Source: Bacteroidota bacterium
GTDB lineage: Bacteria; Bacteroidota; JABWAT01
Assembly: GCA_023151185.1 (NCBI GenBank)
Contig: JAKLJL010000008.1
Coordinates: forward strand, 15,508 to 79,507
Direction of reading: 5' to 3'
Length of the DNA: 64,000 nt
Shown: positions 62,942-64,000 of the stretch, one piece after another
Position numbering within the stretch: the first letter of the stretch is position 1
Layout: each line of letters begins with the position of its first letter
The notes under the pieces: model-generated
The model's database searches: none
What the model was told of the DNA's origin: nothing
Seen by the model: only the letters and a program-made list of their open reading frames with translations
Made by a program: the position numbers and the translations under genes

Positions 62942-63724
62942 ATGCGCCCCTCCGTTTCTGAATTGCTCGAATTTGCCATTTCAATTACTGAACAGGCCGG
63001 TCTGCGGACTCTCGCATATTACCAGACTGATCTGGCTGTAGAAACCAAACCGGACGAATCTCCGGTAACCGCTGCAGATAAAGATGCCGAGGCTTTTCTG
63101 AGGCAGGCCATTGAGTCCCGGTTTCCCGATCACCGGATTCTCGGTGAAGAATTTCCGGAAAAGGAAAGTTCAAGTCCGTACAAGTGGATTATTGACCCGA
63201 TTGACGGGACGAAAAGTTTTATTGCCGGGGTTCCGTTTTACTCCAATCTGCTGGGGCTGGAGGTTGAGGGCGAAGTGGTGGCGGGAATAGCCAACTTTCC
63301 GGCGTTGAAGGAAATGGTCTATGCCGGCAAAGGGCTGGGTGCCTGGTGGAACCGGAAACCCGCCCGGGTAGGCTCCGTTTCGGATCTGCGGAAGGCGAGG
63401 GTCATGATTACGGATTTCCGGCATTTTGAAAAACGGGAGGCCTGGCCGAAGTTTAAGCCGGTCCTCGATTCCTGCCTGTTTTCACGGACCTGGGGGGATG
63501 CCTACGGTCATGCTCTGGTTGCAACCGGCCGGGCCGAAATTGCACTGGATCCGGGAATGAACCCGTGGGATTGTGCACCATTCGGGATTATTCTGAAGGA
63601 AGCCGGCGGATTTTTTACCGACTGGGACGGGAATGACACTATTTACGGCCCGAATGCGGTTTCGGCCAACCCGGAACTTAAAGATCAGGTTCTGGCCTGT
63701 CTTTGGAATGACCGGTCCCGGTAA
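62942..63724 (+). CDS. inositol monophosphatase-family phosphatase (IMPase/HisN-type candidate)
   Basis: ..ILGEEF.., ..WIIDPIDGTKSF.. and ..WDCAP.. motifs. Confidence 0.88.
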   Translation: MRPSVSELLEFAISITEQAGLRTLAYYQTDLAVETKPDESPVTAADKDAEAFLRQAIESRFPDHRILGEEFPEKESSSPYKWIIDPIDGTKSFIAGVPFYSNLLGLEVEGEVVAGIANFPALKEMVYAGKGLGAWWNRKPARVGSVSDLRKARVMITDFRHFEKREAWPKFKPVLDSCLFSRTWGDAYGHALVATGRAEIALDPGMNPWDCAPFGIILKEAGGFFTDWDGNDTIYGPNAVSANPELKDQVLACLWNDRSR

Positions 63725-64000
63725 TCAGGGCTGAAACGTGACAGCAAGATCCAGTTGAAATCCGACAGACATCCAGTCGGAGGATGGCTGAATCCGGGTA
63801 AACCGGATCTGATTGACGGTTACAGTTCCGTTCAGCCCGGAATACTGAAACGCCGTTTTTTCCGGAATCCAGGCTTTCAGTCCGTTCAGCCGGTCCAGTT
63901 CGTCCTCAACCTTTCCCTTCACATACCAGTTCGTCAGACTGAATTCACCGGGATAGTCGTCAAAAACATCCACCCGTGATCCCGAAAAAATCAGATCGTC
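63725..64000 (-). CDS. hypothetical protein, C-terminal fragment (gene continues beyond the window end)
   Basis: The minus-strand frame stays open past the GTG at 63973 all the way to base 64000. I recognise no family. Confidence 0.4.
   Translation of the reverse strand, partial: DDLIFSGSRVDVFDDYPGEFSLTNWYVKGKVEDELDRLNGLKAWIPEKTAFQYSGLNGTVTVNQIRFTRIQPSSDWMSVGFQLDLAVTFQP

Overview
This is a 64-kb chromosomal window with about 65 protein genes and 4 tRNAs, densely packed with mostly housekeeping genes. By eye the G+C content is roughly 50-60%.

The lineage looks like the FCB superphylum (Ignavibacteria, Chlorobi or Bacteroidota-like). Three things support this: a short 287-aa primary sigma factor, two proteins with T9SS C-terminal sorting domains (..NFPNPFNP..), and bacillithiol-related genes (a bshB-type deacetylase and a CGC bacilliredoxin).

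Recognisable blocks, in order:
- A 7-gene efflux operon (Spy/CpxP-like, TolC, MacA, MacB ATPase, MacB permease, LytS-type kinase, LytTR regulator).
- sufBCDS with a DUF59 gene, a bacilliredoxin and an Rrf2 regulator.
- A 1328-aa hybrid sensor kinase.
- etfBA.
- hisD, a GNAT gene and hisC.
- A YbbA/YbbP-like ABC pair.
- A Pro-Arg-His-Glu tRNA cluster.
- A GAF-GAF protein with a degenerate GGDEF domain.
- A Zn-ribbon gene, two EutN/CcmL genes, rpoD and an NlpC/P60 gene.
- msrA, then mlaEFD with a TPR lipoprotein, then xth.
- A rhomboid protease, an Xre/RES toxin-antitoxin pair and a DCC-family gene.
- priA, a DEAD-box helicase and a GH43-like hydrolase.
- Two tandem T9SS paralogues, an AT-rich single-gene island, lon, and bshB.

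No CRISPR array, transposase, integrase or rRNA was seen.

The observations I consider most worth follow-up are:
1. An orphan tandem pair of BMC-P (EutN/CcmL) vertex proteins directly upstream of rpoD, with no shell or enzyme genes anywhere in the window.
2. An RES/Xre toxin-antitoxin cassette bracketed exactly by a 29-bp direct repeat that duplicates the 5' end of the downstream gene.
3. A roughly 1.35-kb AT-rich island carrying one lipoprotein gene.
4. Tandem secreted paralogues of unknown function with a conserved acidic, calcium-binding-like core.

All functional calls come from my own motif recognition on the supplied translations. No database search was run.
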